20,000 nt of DNA. It comes from an uncultured virus (IMG/VR IMGVR_UViG_3300006924_000006). Its lineage: Duplodnaviria; Heunggongvirae; Uroviricota; Caudoviricetes. The stretch lies in IMG/VR virus record IMGVR_UViG_3300006924_000006, one strand, 5' to 3'. Position numbers and translations under genes: made by a program. The notes under the pieces were generated by a model, which was not told the origin of the DNA, ran no database searches, and was given only the letters and a program-made list of their open reading frames with translations. The number at the start of each line of letters is the position of its first letter. Position 1 is the stretch's first letter. Below, piece by piece: positions 1 to 8,521 of the stretch.

Positions 1-167
1 GGATTATTTAAATCATACAGAACGTCTCTTCTGTCGCCCCACTCTTTACCAAAATATTTTCTATACTTTAGCCTGACAGTGGTCGATACTCTAATCGGTA
101 GCTGACTTTTGCTATCAGTTACACCCGACTCTTCTAGCCCAGCCTTTTTTATAAACCCTTTCTTCAT
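1..167 (-). CDS. Partial hypothetical protein (N-terminus MKKGFIKKAGLEESGVTDSK..., runs off the window start)
   Basis: Manual translation: ATG at 167, open for 55 codons to the window edge; follows the terminator at 206-241. Not in the ORF track. Confidence 0.65.
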   Translation of the reverse strand, partial: MKKGFIKKAGLEESGVTDSKSQLPIRVSTTVRLKYRKYFGKEWGDRRDVLYDLNN

Positions 168-205
168 AAAACTGCCTTATGCCTTATGTGACCATATTAC
201 TAGAT

Positions 206-241
206 AAAAAAAGGGCTTCGGCAAATTGCCGAAGCCCTTTT
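206..241 (-). terminator. Rho-independent terminator
   Basis: Perfect inverted repeat AAAAGGGCTTCGGCAA (209-224) / TTGCCGAAGCCCTTTT (226-241); 7-nt U tract on the minus strand (A7 at 206-212); lies just downstream of the 260..532 stop. Confidence 0.9.
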
Positions 242-259
242 CGATAGGCTCTTTGTTAA

Positions 260-532
260 TTAAAGAGCAACATAGTAAGCTAGCATCTTGTATACAGAAT
301 CCACATCTTCAAATTTCGGATTCCTCACTGGCTTAGGAGGAGCCTTGAGCCCTAGCCTTACCTCGGCTACTCCTTCGCTCTTATAAAAAGGCTCAACTTT
401 ATTTCGAGCAACTGCCATAATTGAGCCATCAAAACTGATTAGTAGCGTATCGCTAATCTCCGGATTCTCATCCCACGCAAATTTTCCAAAGTAATTCTTA
501 TGAACAGGTTCTTCCAACCAAATATATTCCAC
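260..532 (-). CDS. Hypothetical protein, 90 aa
   Basis: ORF track; GTG start; fills the gap between 566 and the terminator. Confidence 0.65.
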   Translation of the reverse strand: MEYIWLEEPVHKNYFGKFAWDENPEISDTLLISFDGSIMAVARNKVEPFYKSEGVAEVRLGLKAPPKPVRNPKFEDVDSVYKMLAYYVAL

Positions 533-565
533 GTTTTTCCCAATCTTAATATCTAAATATTGAGC

Positions 566-1420
566 CTAAAAAGGCACATCGTTATTCTTCTCCTGCAATC
601 TCTCGCGCTCTTTCATTCTCCGCTCAATGGCATTAAGCACATATTGTGACTGTGTTCCCATAATAGACGTCAAAAGATGAATCGGAAGCTCTTTCGCTAG
701 CAAATGAAGAACCTGTTCATATTTAGAATCGCTAATAGAGAGAAGCAGCTCATCGTAGTTTGGATACAAAGACTTGTTAGCGATAATTGCCCTAACTCCA
801 TCGTAAGAAGCACTAGAACTTGATTCGCTTCGTATCTTTCTCGCCTGCTTCTTTGTAAGAGAACCTGTCTTTATATATTCCCTGTACCAAATCGACCGCC
901 ACGAATGATGTGGCTTTGGTACTTGTGAAAATAATTCTTTTTCCGCCAACTCCTTAATTGCTTTTGGGTTCTCCACTATACACTTTGCAAGAATGCCGCG
1001 TATTCCTCTTGGAATCCAAGTTGCGGACCTTCCTGCTCCGGAAGAATAAACCTTATTAAAAAGATCAAGCCACACAAATTCCGAGACTTTTTCCGCCGCA
1101 ATATGCGTATACGATGAAGAGTCATTCGCAATTTCTCTAAGATTAGATTTAATATATTCGCTAGAAGTATATTTCTCTATAGCATTCTTCAGAAAAGAAG
1201 ATTTAAAGACCTCTTCTTCTGGAACTAGCTTTATTAGAACCCTGAAGATATCCCCTGTCGCCTTATCGTCTAGAGAAAGGGAGTTCAGAAATACATCTAA
1301 ATGCCCGGTTTTAAACGCTGACAGCCTAATCTCCGAGAGATTCAAATGGTTATTAGCATAATTAGATCTTCCAAAAAGTCTTTCTGCGCCAATCCCTGCA
1401 AGCTCACTGAGAACATCCAT
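566..1420 (-). CDS. Hypothetical helical protein, 284 aa, ending in NNDVPF
   Basis: Long ORF with GGAGG SD; C-terminal region resembles 10393..11178. Confidence 0.8.
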   Translation of the reverse strand: MDVLSELAGIGAERLFGRSNYANNHLNLSEIRLSAFKTGHLDVFLNSLSLDDKATGDIFRVLIKLVPEEEVFKSSFLKNAIEKYTSSEYIKSNLREIANDSSSYTHIAAEKVSEFVWLDLFNKVYSSGAGRSATWIPRGIRGILAKCIVENPKAIKELAEKELFSQVPKPHHSWRSIWYREYIKTGSLTKKQARKIRSESSSSASYDGVRAIIANKSLYPNYDELLLSISDSKYEQVLHLLAKELPIHLLTSIMGTQSQYVLNAIERRMKERERLQEKNNDVPF

Positions 1421-1667
1421 TTAGAACCTCCTTAACTGCAGCGTCAAATACAAGCCTATTATCCTTTAATACCCGAACCTTGCTTTCGTCAGAAAGCCAC
1501 TCCCAGGATTTGAGAATTTCCGGAAGAGGAAGTGTGAAAAACTCCTCTCGAAGAGTTTTATGTTCGCTATTATAAGCGTTTTGAATGGAGTTGATAGCAA
1601 TAGCTACCAACATACTTCTGACATCCTCTGTACTGCGTAATTTTGCGGATTCTACTTCCCTTGACAT
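1404..1667 (-). CDS. Hypothetical protein, 87 aa
   Basis: ORF track; overlaps the start of the next gene; preceded by the conserved intergenic element. Confidence 0.75.
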   Translation of the reverse strand: MSREVESAKLRSTEDVRSMLVAIAINSIQNAYNSEHKTLREEFFTLPLPEILKSWEWLSDESKVRVLKDNRLVFDAAVKEVLNGCSQ

Positions 1668-1695
1668 ATTTTCCCTTTCTTCTTCATAAGTGTCT

Positions 1696-1743
1696 GCCCA
1701 GATATAGTATAGGGCAAGAGCATATTACAATTTTTTTGAAACC
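1696..1743 (-). promoter_or_regulatory. Conserved intergenic element, copy 1 (putative phage promoter A7-GTAATAT-N13-ACTATATCT)
   Basis: 26/33 identity to 10009-10041, followed by the same T7 run on the plus strand; ACTATAT lies about 35 nt upstream of the ATG at 1667. Confidence 0.7.
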
Positions 1744-3341
1744 TAATCTGCCGGCGAATCATAAATCGCTACTTCCGTAGTAAGCAGAATTCCGCCAGAT
1801 GAAGCAGCGTTTTCAAGGCCGGTCCGAACGACCTTGACCGGATCGATGATTCCAGCCTCTACCATATCCTCTTTGAGAGAGCCCTCTAGGGCGTCAAATC
1901 CCATTAGAGCTGAACCAGAACTGATAATCTTTTCCATATGCAAATGATATTCCATTCCAGCATTTTTTAGAATCTGTATAAAAGGAGCCCTCATTGCATA
2001 CCCCACAACCTCGCATCCAACGATCTCCTCTGTAGTCAAATTCGACGTTAGCTTAAAGGCCTCTAGAGCAGGTAGACAGTGAAGCAGTGCCGCGCCGCCA
2101 CCAGGGACAATTCCCTCTTCAATTGCCGCCTTAACAGCATTAATTGCGTCTTCCACCCTATCCTTCTTCTCTTTGACTTCCGCCTCAGATACTCCGCCTA
2201 CTTTAAAGATAGCAATGGAACCAGTTAGAGCAGACAACCTTTGCTTAATCGCAGCAATCTCATACCCCTCAAGCCTTGAGTCTTCCGCTCTAACCTTAAT
2301 GGAATTAACACGCTCCTCTACAGAGGCTTCTGTTCCCGCTCCATCTACAATCGTTGTGTCGTCCCTAGAGACAACAACTCTTCGAGCAGAGCCTAGATCT
2401 GCTATCGTAACAGACTCAAGCGGAGAGCCTGCTTCGTTTGTAAGCAATGTAGCGTTGCAGACTGTGGCAATATCTCCGAGAATATCTCTTCGCATATCTC
2501 CAAACCCCGGCGCCCTAACCGCACAAGACTCCAAGGTCTTGCGTGCCTTATTTAAGACTAAGGTCTGCAGAGCCTCTCCCTCTACAGTTTGTGCAATAAT
2601 AAGAAGCGGCCTTGCCGACTCTGCCGCTGCTTGTGCAACTGACATTATCTCAGATGTAAGAGCAATTCTTCCATCATACACCAGTATTAGCGGATTAGCA
2701 AACTCCACTGTCATTCTGTCTAAATTCGTTGAAAAAATAGGAGAGATATAACCTCGGTCAAATGAAAGACCTTCGGAATAAGAAACACTAGTTTCTGCTC
2801 CTGCAGACTCCTCTACCGAAATCAAGCCATGATCTCCAACCGCAGAGACAACCTTTCCAATCAAGCCTCCTAGCTTCTCATCATTATTTGCCGAGATAAC
2901 CGCAACACTATTTATAATTTCCTCGCTTGAAACTTCCTTGGAAAGCTCTTTGAGCCTTGCGGATACAACTTCTACCGCCCTATCTATACCTCGCTTTATT
3001 AAGACTGGATTGTGTCCTGCTGCGACCATCTTCGAGCCTTCAGTGTAAATAGCTTGAGCCAAAACAGTAGCAGTAGTAGTTCCATCTCCTGCAAGGGAGT
3101 TTGTAGAAGAGGCAACGCTCTTGATTAACTCCGCTCCCATATTCTGTACTCTATCGCCAAGCGTAATTGCCCTAGCAACTGTTACTCCGTCTTTGGTAAT
3201 TAGCGGCGGACCAAACGCCCTCTCTATTGCAGCGTGCCTGCCTCTCGGACCAAGAGTGGCCTTAACTGCGTTCGCAAGTATATCTAGCCCTTCCTGTAAA
3301 CCAGCCCTAGCCTTTGTATCAAACTCAACCTCTTTAGACAT
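1743..3341 (-). CDS. groEL: Group I chaperonin GroEL (Cpn60)
   Basis: TLGPRGR, ITKDGVTVA, AGDGTTTATVLA, APGFGD, EEGIVPGGG and GIIDPVKV motifs; AAGGAG SD; lacks the C-terminal GGM tail. Confidence 0.97.
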   Translation of the reverse strand: MSKEVEFDTKARAGLQEGLDILANAVKATLGPRGRHAAIERAFGPPLITKDGVTVARAITLGDRVQNMGAELIKSVASSTNSLAGDGTTTATVLAQAIYTEGSKMVAAGHNPVLIKRGIDRAVEVVSARLKELSKEVSSEEIINSVAVISANNDEKLGGLIGKVVSAVGDHGLISVEESAGAETSVSYSEGLSFDRGYISPIFSTNLDRMTVEFANPLILVYDGRIALTSEIMSVAQAAAESARPLLIIAQTVEGEALQTLVLNKARKTLESCAVRAPGFGDMRRDILGDIATVCNATLLTNEAGSPLESVTIADLGSARRVVVSRDDTTIVDGAGTEASVEERVNSIKVRAEDSRLEGYEIAAIKQRLSALTGSIAIFKVGGVSEAEVKEKKDRVEDAINAVKAAIEEGIVPGGGAALLHCLPALEAFKLTSNLTTEEIVGCEVVGYAMRAPFIQILKNAGMEYHLHMEKIISSGSALMGFDALEGSLKEDMVEAGIIDPVKVVRTGLENAASSGGILLTTEVAIYDSPAD

Positions 3342-3361
3342 GCGTCTTCTCCTTTAACCTC

Positions 3362-3390
3362 ATATTACCTATAGGTCGTGCGCTTCTCAA
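3362..3390 (-). promoter_or_regulatory. Putative sigma70-type promoter for groEL
   Basis: Minus strand TTGAGA (3390-3385), 17-nt spacer, TAATAT (3367-3362), about 20 nt upstream of the ATG; 10-bp palindrome ACCTATAGGT at 3367-3376. Confidence 0.6.
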
Positions 3391-3734
3391 GCTCCCTCTG
3401 GGGCTTCTGCCTCTTTTTCTATAAGAGACTCCTCTTTCGCCTGAGCTTCTTTCGCGGCCTTCTCTTTGGCCTTTTGCTCTTCCGCTCTTTCAATTCTCTT
3501 AATTCGACCTGTAATTCTCTCTGTAGCAAAAACAAGCTCGTCTTCGTCAAGCTCATCTGCAAAAAAATAAAAAATAGCCTTTCCACCTTCTGTAAGAGAG
3601 GCTTCAAGAGTCTCAAGCTCTTCCTTTATAACATTAATTCTCATCATCTCCCTCAAAAGGGTCTGCCCGGACTCTAACAGAGTCTTATCATCGATACCGT
3701 TAATCATATCCCGAAAGTCATTAAGTTTTGGCAT
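3387..3734 (-). CDS. Hypothetical acidic/coiled-coil protein, 115 aa
   Basis: ORF track; AAGGAAG upstream; E/K/A-rich C-terminus; not GroES-like. Confidence 0.75.
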   Translation of the reverse strand: MPKLNDFRDMINGIDDKTLLESGQTLLREMMRINVIKEELETLEASLTEGGKAIFYFFADELDEDELVFATERITGRIKRIERAEEQKAKEKAAKEAQAKEESLIEKEAEAPEGA

Positions 3735-3795
3735 TTTCTTCCTTTTCTGTACTGCTACTAATAATCTTTCCTTCTATACAAAGGAATAAGTTAAT

Positions 3796-4758
3796 ATGCT
3801 TAATAGATTAAACTCTTTGGAAGCCTATCTCGATGAAGTAGGTCAAAAAGATTCCTCTAATGCTGTTGGATCTCTCTTAAAAATCTGCGAAGCAAATAGC
3901 CTCTCTCTCTTCGATATAAGCAATCCTCAGCTAAAAGCGTGGGATGACTTGCTCCTCAAAATGTATCGTCCTTCGTCGCTTGTCTTTGAAATAAAAGAAG
4001 TTGGAAAGGCCTTATCTGTTCCAGCAAGCAAGCTTTCCGCCTCACTTGAGAAGCTGAACGTCCCAAAGGACGTAGCAAAAAAAGAAGAGCTAATACAAAC
4101 GCTGGCCTCAATTAAGCTAGAAAAAAAATTTGACGAAATTGTCAAATCGGCTGACTGGAAATCTATGCTCTTAAAGGGAGACAGCACAAAGATTAAACCA
4201 AAGTTTTTCGGAAGAGCAGTTCCAGTCGCCGGCGCCCTCATTACTATTGGCGCAGCCACAAAAAATATAACAGAAGCAATTGGCAATGCCAAAGTTATTA
4301 TGAACGAACTTCCTTTGGAGAAATACAATCTATCTCTCACTAAGATATTTTCCCCTGCAGCAGTTGCAATTGGAAGCATTCTATCTGATCAGATCGAACA
4401 AAATAAAGATAATCCAGAGAATCTCTCGGAACTTCTAGACGTTTGCAGAGTTATATCCGCCTTTTATATGGATTTTATATTTGCTCTATCAAATAGTGTT
4501 ATGATGGTAATTGACATTCTAACCGCGCTCTCTGCTCTTCTCGATGGCCCACTTCCAATTGCAGATGTACTTGCTGGTTTGGTTGGGTTCGTATTGAGCA
4601 TGGGAATCATCGGAGCAGAACTCGGAAGCGAATACCTATCCGAAAAATACTGGAAGAATCATTTTGCCAAGATTAAATCTATAGCGATTGAAAATATCCA
4701 GAGGATAGAGAAGTCTTTCTCTACTGCTGAGGATGCTCAGTTGGAGCCTGCTTCCTAG
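3796..4758 (+). CDS. Hypothetical protein with hydrophobic C-terminal helices, 320 aa (possible virion or membrane-inserting protein)
   Basis: Only substantial plus-strand ORF; AAGGA SD; hydrophobic segments RAVPVAGALITIGAA and ILTALSALLDGPLPIADVLAGLVGFVLSMGIIGA. Confidence 0.8.
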   Translation: MLNRLNSLEAYLDEVGQKDSSNAVGSLLKICEANSLSLFDISNPQLKAWDDLLLKMYRPSSLVFEIKEVGKALSVPASKLSASLEKLNVPKDVAKKEELIQTLASIKLEKKFDEIVKSADWKSMLLKGDSTKIKPKFFGRAVPVAGALITIGAATKNITEAIGNAKVIMNELPLEKYNLSLTKIFSPAAVAIGSILSDQIEQNKDNPENLSELLDVCRVISAFYMDFIFALSNSVMMVIDILTALSALLDGPLPIADVLAGLVGFVLSMGIIGAELGSEYLSEKYWKNHFAKIKSIAIENIQRIEKSFSTAEDAQLEPAS

Positions 4759-4888
4759 CAAGAGAGCCTTTCCGGTTCCACCAACTAAGCCACTCTCGCT
4801 CCCACTCTTCGCGATTAACGCGAATTTTGCGCGTTCCTCTTTTCACAAAATAAACAGTAACAGGCCCAACTTCTTCTTCATTTGTCAT
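4721..4888 (-). CDS. Small Trp/Arg-rich hypothetical protein, 55 aa (not in ORF track)
   Basis: ATG 4888 with AGGAG SD, just after the SpoU stop; MTNEEEVGPVTVYFVKRGTRKIRVNREEWEREWLSWWNRKGSLARKQAPTEHPQQ, TAG at 4723-4721. Confidence 0.6.
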   Translation of the reverse strand: MTNEEEVGPVTVYFVKRGTRKIRVNREEWEREWLSWWNRKGSLARKQAPTEHPQQ

Positions 4889-4898
4889 ATACTATCTC

Positions 4899-5447
4899 CT
4901 ATTTGTTCTGAAAAAACTGTCTGCAGTATTCACTCATAACCGCAGTTCCAGCGTGACTAACATTTAGACAATAACCGAGACCATTCATTGGAATAAAAAT
5001 AGAATCATTCTTTAGCGAAATCTCAGCCGGAACACCCGTCTCTTCATTTCCTAAGACAAGCACGATTTTCTCTTCAAAGTTGAACTTGTAATCGAAAACA
5101 CTTTCTGCATCTTCAGTCAGTTCAACCGCAACTCTTTTATATGAGTTATTGTCGCAGAACTCATTAAAGTACATCGGATTAGAAAATGTCTTAAATCGCA
5201 TATAATCATATAGCGAACCGGACCTCGGATTTAGAAAGCTTCTATCCGGCAATGAGCCCATTACGAATATGTCTCTAACCCCAAAACATGCCGCACTTCT
5301 TATTAGAAACGCTAAATTTTCATCAAAAGAAAAACTGACCGTAGCTATTGCCAGCGGAACCTCTATAGCATCCTTTATCTTCTCGCTATATCGCTCACGC
5401 CTTGTTTTGCTTCTTTTTGTGTCTAGAAACATCGGACTTCCAATCAT
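4899..5447 (-). CDS. SpoU/TrmH-family (SPOUT) RNA 2'-O-methyltransferase
   Basis: Motif 1 ENLAFLIRSAACFG, motif 2 LVLGNEETG, motif 3 IPMNG..CLNVSHA. Confidence 0.9.
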   Translation of the reverse strand: MIGSPMFLDTKRSKTRRERYSEKIKDAIEVPLAIATVSFSFDENLAFLIRSAACFGVRDIFVMGSLPDRSFLNPRSGSLYDYMRFKTFSNPMYFNEFCDNNSYKRVAVELTEDAESVFDYKFNFEEKIVLVLGNEETGVPAEISLKNDSIFIPMNGLGYCLNVSHAGTAVMSEYCRQFFQNK

Positions 5448-5906
5448 CTAATCGTTTGTAGAAATCACCTTATAAACTCTGCCAAACTTTGAGAACTTTT
5501 CTCCGAACGAAAGAAGTCTGGCCAGCTTTAAAGCGAAATCTCCCTCCTCATCCTTGTAAGAAGGATTCAGCGCTTTCATCGCAGACTCCAACTCCTCTTT
5601 TGAGGAGCTCCACTTTGCCACAAACTCTTCCGGACTCATATTTGCTGCGGCGAAAAAATAACTTCGATAATCACTCAGATTTGCCGCAGTTACCCCCTCC
5701 TCTTTCGACCACGCTCTTTCTTCTTCCGTTGTCTTTTTAGACTTAGACGCCGTAGAGAGAACTACATCTTGCGAAAGATCTAACACATCAGTGTCTGACC
5801 ACCCGAAATATATATTGGTTATATTATTCTCGGCAGGAACTCGCTCTTCTTTGTAGGCATAAAGTTTGCTAACTTTGTATTTAGACTTGAAATCTGCAAG
5901 CCCCAT
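5448..5906 (-). CDS. Hypothetical protein (probable start MGLADF at 5906)
   Basis: ORF track 5448..5951; ATG 5906 has a GGAGGAG SD and follows the glutamine synthetase stop. Confidence 0.7.
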   Translation of the reverse strand: MGLADFKSKYKVSKLYAYKEERVPAENNITNIYFGWSDTDVLDLSQDVVLSTASKSKKTTEEERAWSKEEGVTAANLSDYRSYFFAAANMSPEEFVAKWSSSKEELESAMKALNPSYKDEEGDFALKLARLLSFGEKFSKFGRVYKVISTND

Positions 5907-5907
5907 T

Positions 5908-6951
5908 CTACTCCTCCGCTGAGCACACCACAGAGATGAGAGTAGCCGCAACTCTATATGGATTTGCGTTTGAATTAGGACGCCTATCTTCGAAGTATCC
6001 CGCGCCGGCCCGCTTTACATGCCAAGGAATTCTGACTGACGCACTACGATCTGAGACTCCAACGCGAAACTCATCAAGGCTACAAGTCTCATGTTTGCCA
6101 GTAAGCCTTCTCTCTAAGCCGACTCCATAAGTGGACTTCGCCAAGTCAATCGCACTCTCTTCCGCTAAAGCCTCGCACGCTTTATTAATGGGAGTTATCC
6201 CACCAGCCTCACGCATAGATGCCGTACTAAAGTTGGAGTGCAAGCCGCTTCCATTCCAATCTCCGCAAACAGGCTTCGGGTCTAGACTTATGCTTACTTC
6301 CTGTAACTCACAGACTCTCTGCAAAATAAACCTAGCCACCCAAAGATGGTCACAAGCCTGCACTGCATTAGTTCCTGGGCCACCTATTTGGTACTCCCAC
6401 TGTCCAAGCGCAACCTCTGCGTTGATTCCTACGATTGAAAGCCCAGAATTAATACAGGAGTTAAGATGTAGCTCAGAAAGATTCCGGCCGACAACATTCT
6501 CTGCTCCTACTGCACAATAATAAGGACCTTGTGGCCTCATATCTTCAGAGTGGCCTAACGGCTCATCATCTTTCATCATAAAGTATTCTTGCTCAAATCC
6601 AATAACGGGGTCCTTATCATTGTGCTTGAGCATTTCGTCAATCAGCCTTGCCCTATAATTGGTCTCGTGTGGAGTCATATCCGTATTTAGAACATCACAA
6701 AGAACAAGGACTCCATTTTCACGATTTGAGTCTAAACACGCAAAAACTGGCCTTAAAACTAAATCTGATTCATTTGATTCCGCCTGCTTCGTGCTAGAGC
6801 CATCAAAGCTCCAAACTGGCAAATCCTTTAGAGAAAGGGTCCACTCTTTCTCTTCCGTTGAAAGGGTAAGAACCCTGGTCTTTGACCTTAACTCCTGAGT
6901 CTCATATCCGTCGAGCCAAATATATTCTGCCTTTATGGTAGTTCTGTTCAT
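5908..6951 (-). CDS. glnII: Glutamine synthetase type II
   Basis: AEYIWLDG, WSFDGSST, GFEQEY, PQGPYYC, INAEV, QWEYQIG, DWNGSGLH, RLTGKHET, RSASVRIP, YFEDRRP; 347 aa matches GSII length. Confidence 0.95.
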   Translation of the reverse strand: MNRTTIKAEYIWLDGYETQELRSKTRVLTLSTEEKEWTLSLKDLPVWSFDGSSTKQAESNESDLVLRPVFACLDSNRENGVLVLCDVLNTDMTPHETNYRARLIDEMLKHNDKDPVIGFEQEYFMMKDDEPLGHSEDMRPQGPYYCAVGAENVVGRNLSELHLNSCINSGLSIVGINAEVALGQWEYQIGGPGTNAVQACDHLWVARFILQRVCELQEVSISLDPKPVCGDWNGSGLHSNFSTASMREAGGITPINKACEALAEESAIDLAKSTYGVGLERRLTGKHETCSLDEFRVGVSDRSASVRIPWHVKRAGAGYFEDRRPNSNANPYRVAATLISVVCSAEE

Positions 6952-6958
6952 CTTTATC

Positions 6959-7816
6959 CTATTGTAAATTCAAAAAAGTTTCTTCATACTCATCTAATGT
7001 CTTTTGCTTTAGCATAGACGCAAAGCTCATAGAGTGAAAGTCATTAGAAATACTGCTCATGTCTAAAACAGATTTTGTATAAACGATCTTACTCTCTTCG
7101 CCCTTTAGATCAATAAACTTTATCAGGCTATAGCTTTTCTCATAAGCCTTGCGAAACGTATCATCCTTCAGCTTCTGACTCAAAAGGCCTTCTGTCTCCA
7201 ATATTTTAGAAGCAGTCTTCTTTCCGACTCCCCTTACCCCAGGAATATTGTCAGCCTTATCTCCCACCATTGCCTTCCAGGAAACATAATCATAGCTCGT
7301 ATTTTCACGATACTTTTTGGAAATAGGATTATAAAGCTTTACAGTGTCCGGATACTTATTAAGAAGCTGAATAAAATCAGTATCAGAAGAGATTATCGTT
7401 ACGTCATCGTCCCTATGAAAGTAATCAATAATATACTGAACTAAATCATCGCATTCTTGCTCTGGATGGAATACAGTTCTGATGGGATAATCCTTTTGAA
7501 CAGAAGAGATTATCTTTCTCTTCTGCCTATGGAAAGACTCCCAATATTTAACGATATCTGGATTATCCGTATCTATCTTGCGATTTCCCTTATAGTTGGG
7601 GTCTGCCTCCAACCTCGCTGCGGGCTTTCCGTCTAACGGAAAATAAACAATATCTGGAGAAAATCTAGATACAGTCGCCCTGAGAGTCCTAAAAAAGTTG
7701 TAAACAATCTGGTGCTCTCCGTCAGCCAAACCACCGCCCCACTGAAAGCGGCACCTATGAATCATATTATAGGCATCAATGATCAGAATTTTTTTAGATA
7801 ATGCTTTTGATATCAA
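6959..7816 (-). CDS. Stand-alone 5'-3' exonuclease / flap endonuclease (PolI N-terminal, T4 RNase H-like)
   Basis: LIIDAYN, YKGNR, ECDD, SSDTDFIQL, GDKADNIPGVRGVGKKTA (H3TH); probable TTG start at 7816 with GGAG SD (track start 7867). Confidence 0.92.
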   Translation of the reverse strand: MISKALSKKILIIDAYNMIHRCRFQWGGGLADGEHQIVYNFFRTLRATVSRFSPDIVYFPLDGKPAARLEADPNYKGNRKIDTDNPDIVKYWESFHRQKRKIISSVQKDYPIRTVFHPEQECDDLVQYIIDYFHRDDDVTIISSDTDFIQLLNKYPDTVKLYNPISKKYRENTSYDYVSWKAMVGDKADNIPGVRGVGKKTASKILETEGLLSQKLKDDTFRKAYEKSYSLIKFIDLKGEESKIVYTKSVLDMSSISNDFHSMSFASMLKQKTLDEYEETFLNLQ

Positions 7817-8471
7817 CTGCGTTCTCCTTGGCGTCCTTAACTGTCTTTCCACTGCCATGTACCTCAAACATTATGATGAGATCTTTAGTCTTATCATTAA
7901 CGGTACACATGGTACAGGTATTACAGGAAATATCGCTCTTGCCTTCAACTCCATGCCTTGCAGGACAAAGCACTGCCTTTTTTCCTGAAAGCTCCAAGCT
8001 TTTGGGAATCCCGCTTCCCTTTACAGCTAAGGAGGTAGACCATCCCATGGAAATTGCCTCGCTTAATTCTTCTAGAGAATTACAAGACGCCCTAAACCAC
8101 TTCTTGAGTGGTCGAGAGGACTTTTTCTTCCAGGCATGTGTATATCCAATATTAATTAGACCCTCTGCCTCAACCTGCTTGCACTCAGAAATGGTGTCTG
8201 GAACATCGCCAACGATATCTCCAGCGACTCTATGCCTAACAATCCTCGCAGACTTATGCCTCTTCTTCAAAGCTTCAGTCAAAGATTTGGCCTTAAGCTT
8301 TCCCGTCTCAATATTCTTTCCCAAGACCCTTAGGTAAAAAAGACCCCAAGCATAACAGCCGCCGCTCTTAAAAGAGCAGGAGTCTGGACACGAACTCAGG
8401 GGAGAATATGAGGCAAGCACTTTGCCTATCTTTTTATCTGAAGACCTCGAAACCCAATGAACAGTTCTCAT
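7794..8471 (-). CDS. Cys-rich phage protein (GP88/DUF7227-like), possible Fe-S or Zn binding
   Basis: SCPDSCSFKSGGCYA, RHRVAGD, GYTH, RASC, LCPA, SCNTCTMC; probable ATG 8471 with GGAG SD. Family name from recall. Confidence 0.65.
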   Translation of the reverse strand: MRTVHWVSRSSDKKIGKVLASYSPLSSCPDSCSFKSGGCYAWGLFYLRVLGKNIETGKLKAKSLTEALKKRHKSARIVRHRVAGDIVGDVPDTISECKQVEAEGLINIGYTHAWKKKSSRPLKKWFRASCNSLEELSEAISMGWSTSLAVKGSGIPKSLELSGKKAVLCPARHGVEGKSDISCNTCTMCTVNDKTKDLIIMFEVHGSGKTVKDAKENAVDIKSII

Positions 8472-8521
8472 ATTTACAACTCCAACAGCTAGTGGCACCT
8501 TTCGTTCGGATTAACGGACTA

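Noticed and set aside
2173..2751. 192-aa plus-strand ORF and other plus-strand ORFs inside groEL, glnII, the Cys-rich gene, sigma and ligase
   Set aside because: Antisense shadows of well-supported minus-strand genes; no recognisable motifs or SD sites.
3369..3391. CTTG...CCTATA as an RpoH promoter for groEL
   Set aside because: Only 12 nt between the boxes, shorter than RpoH promoters; the sigma70 reading with a 17-nt spacer fits better.
3927..4379. 150-aa minus-strand ORF
   Set aside because: Entirely antisense within the longer 320-aa plus-strand gene, which has an SD and fills the gap.
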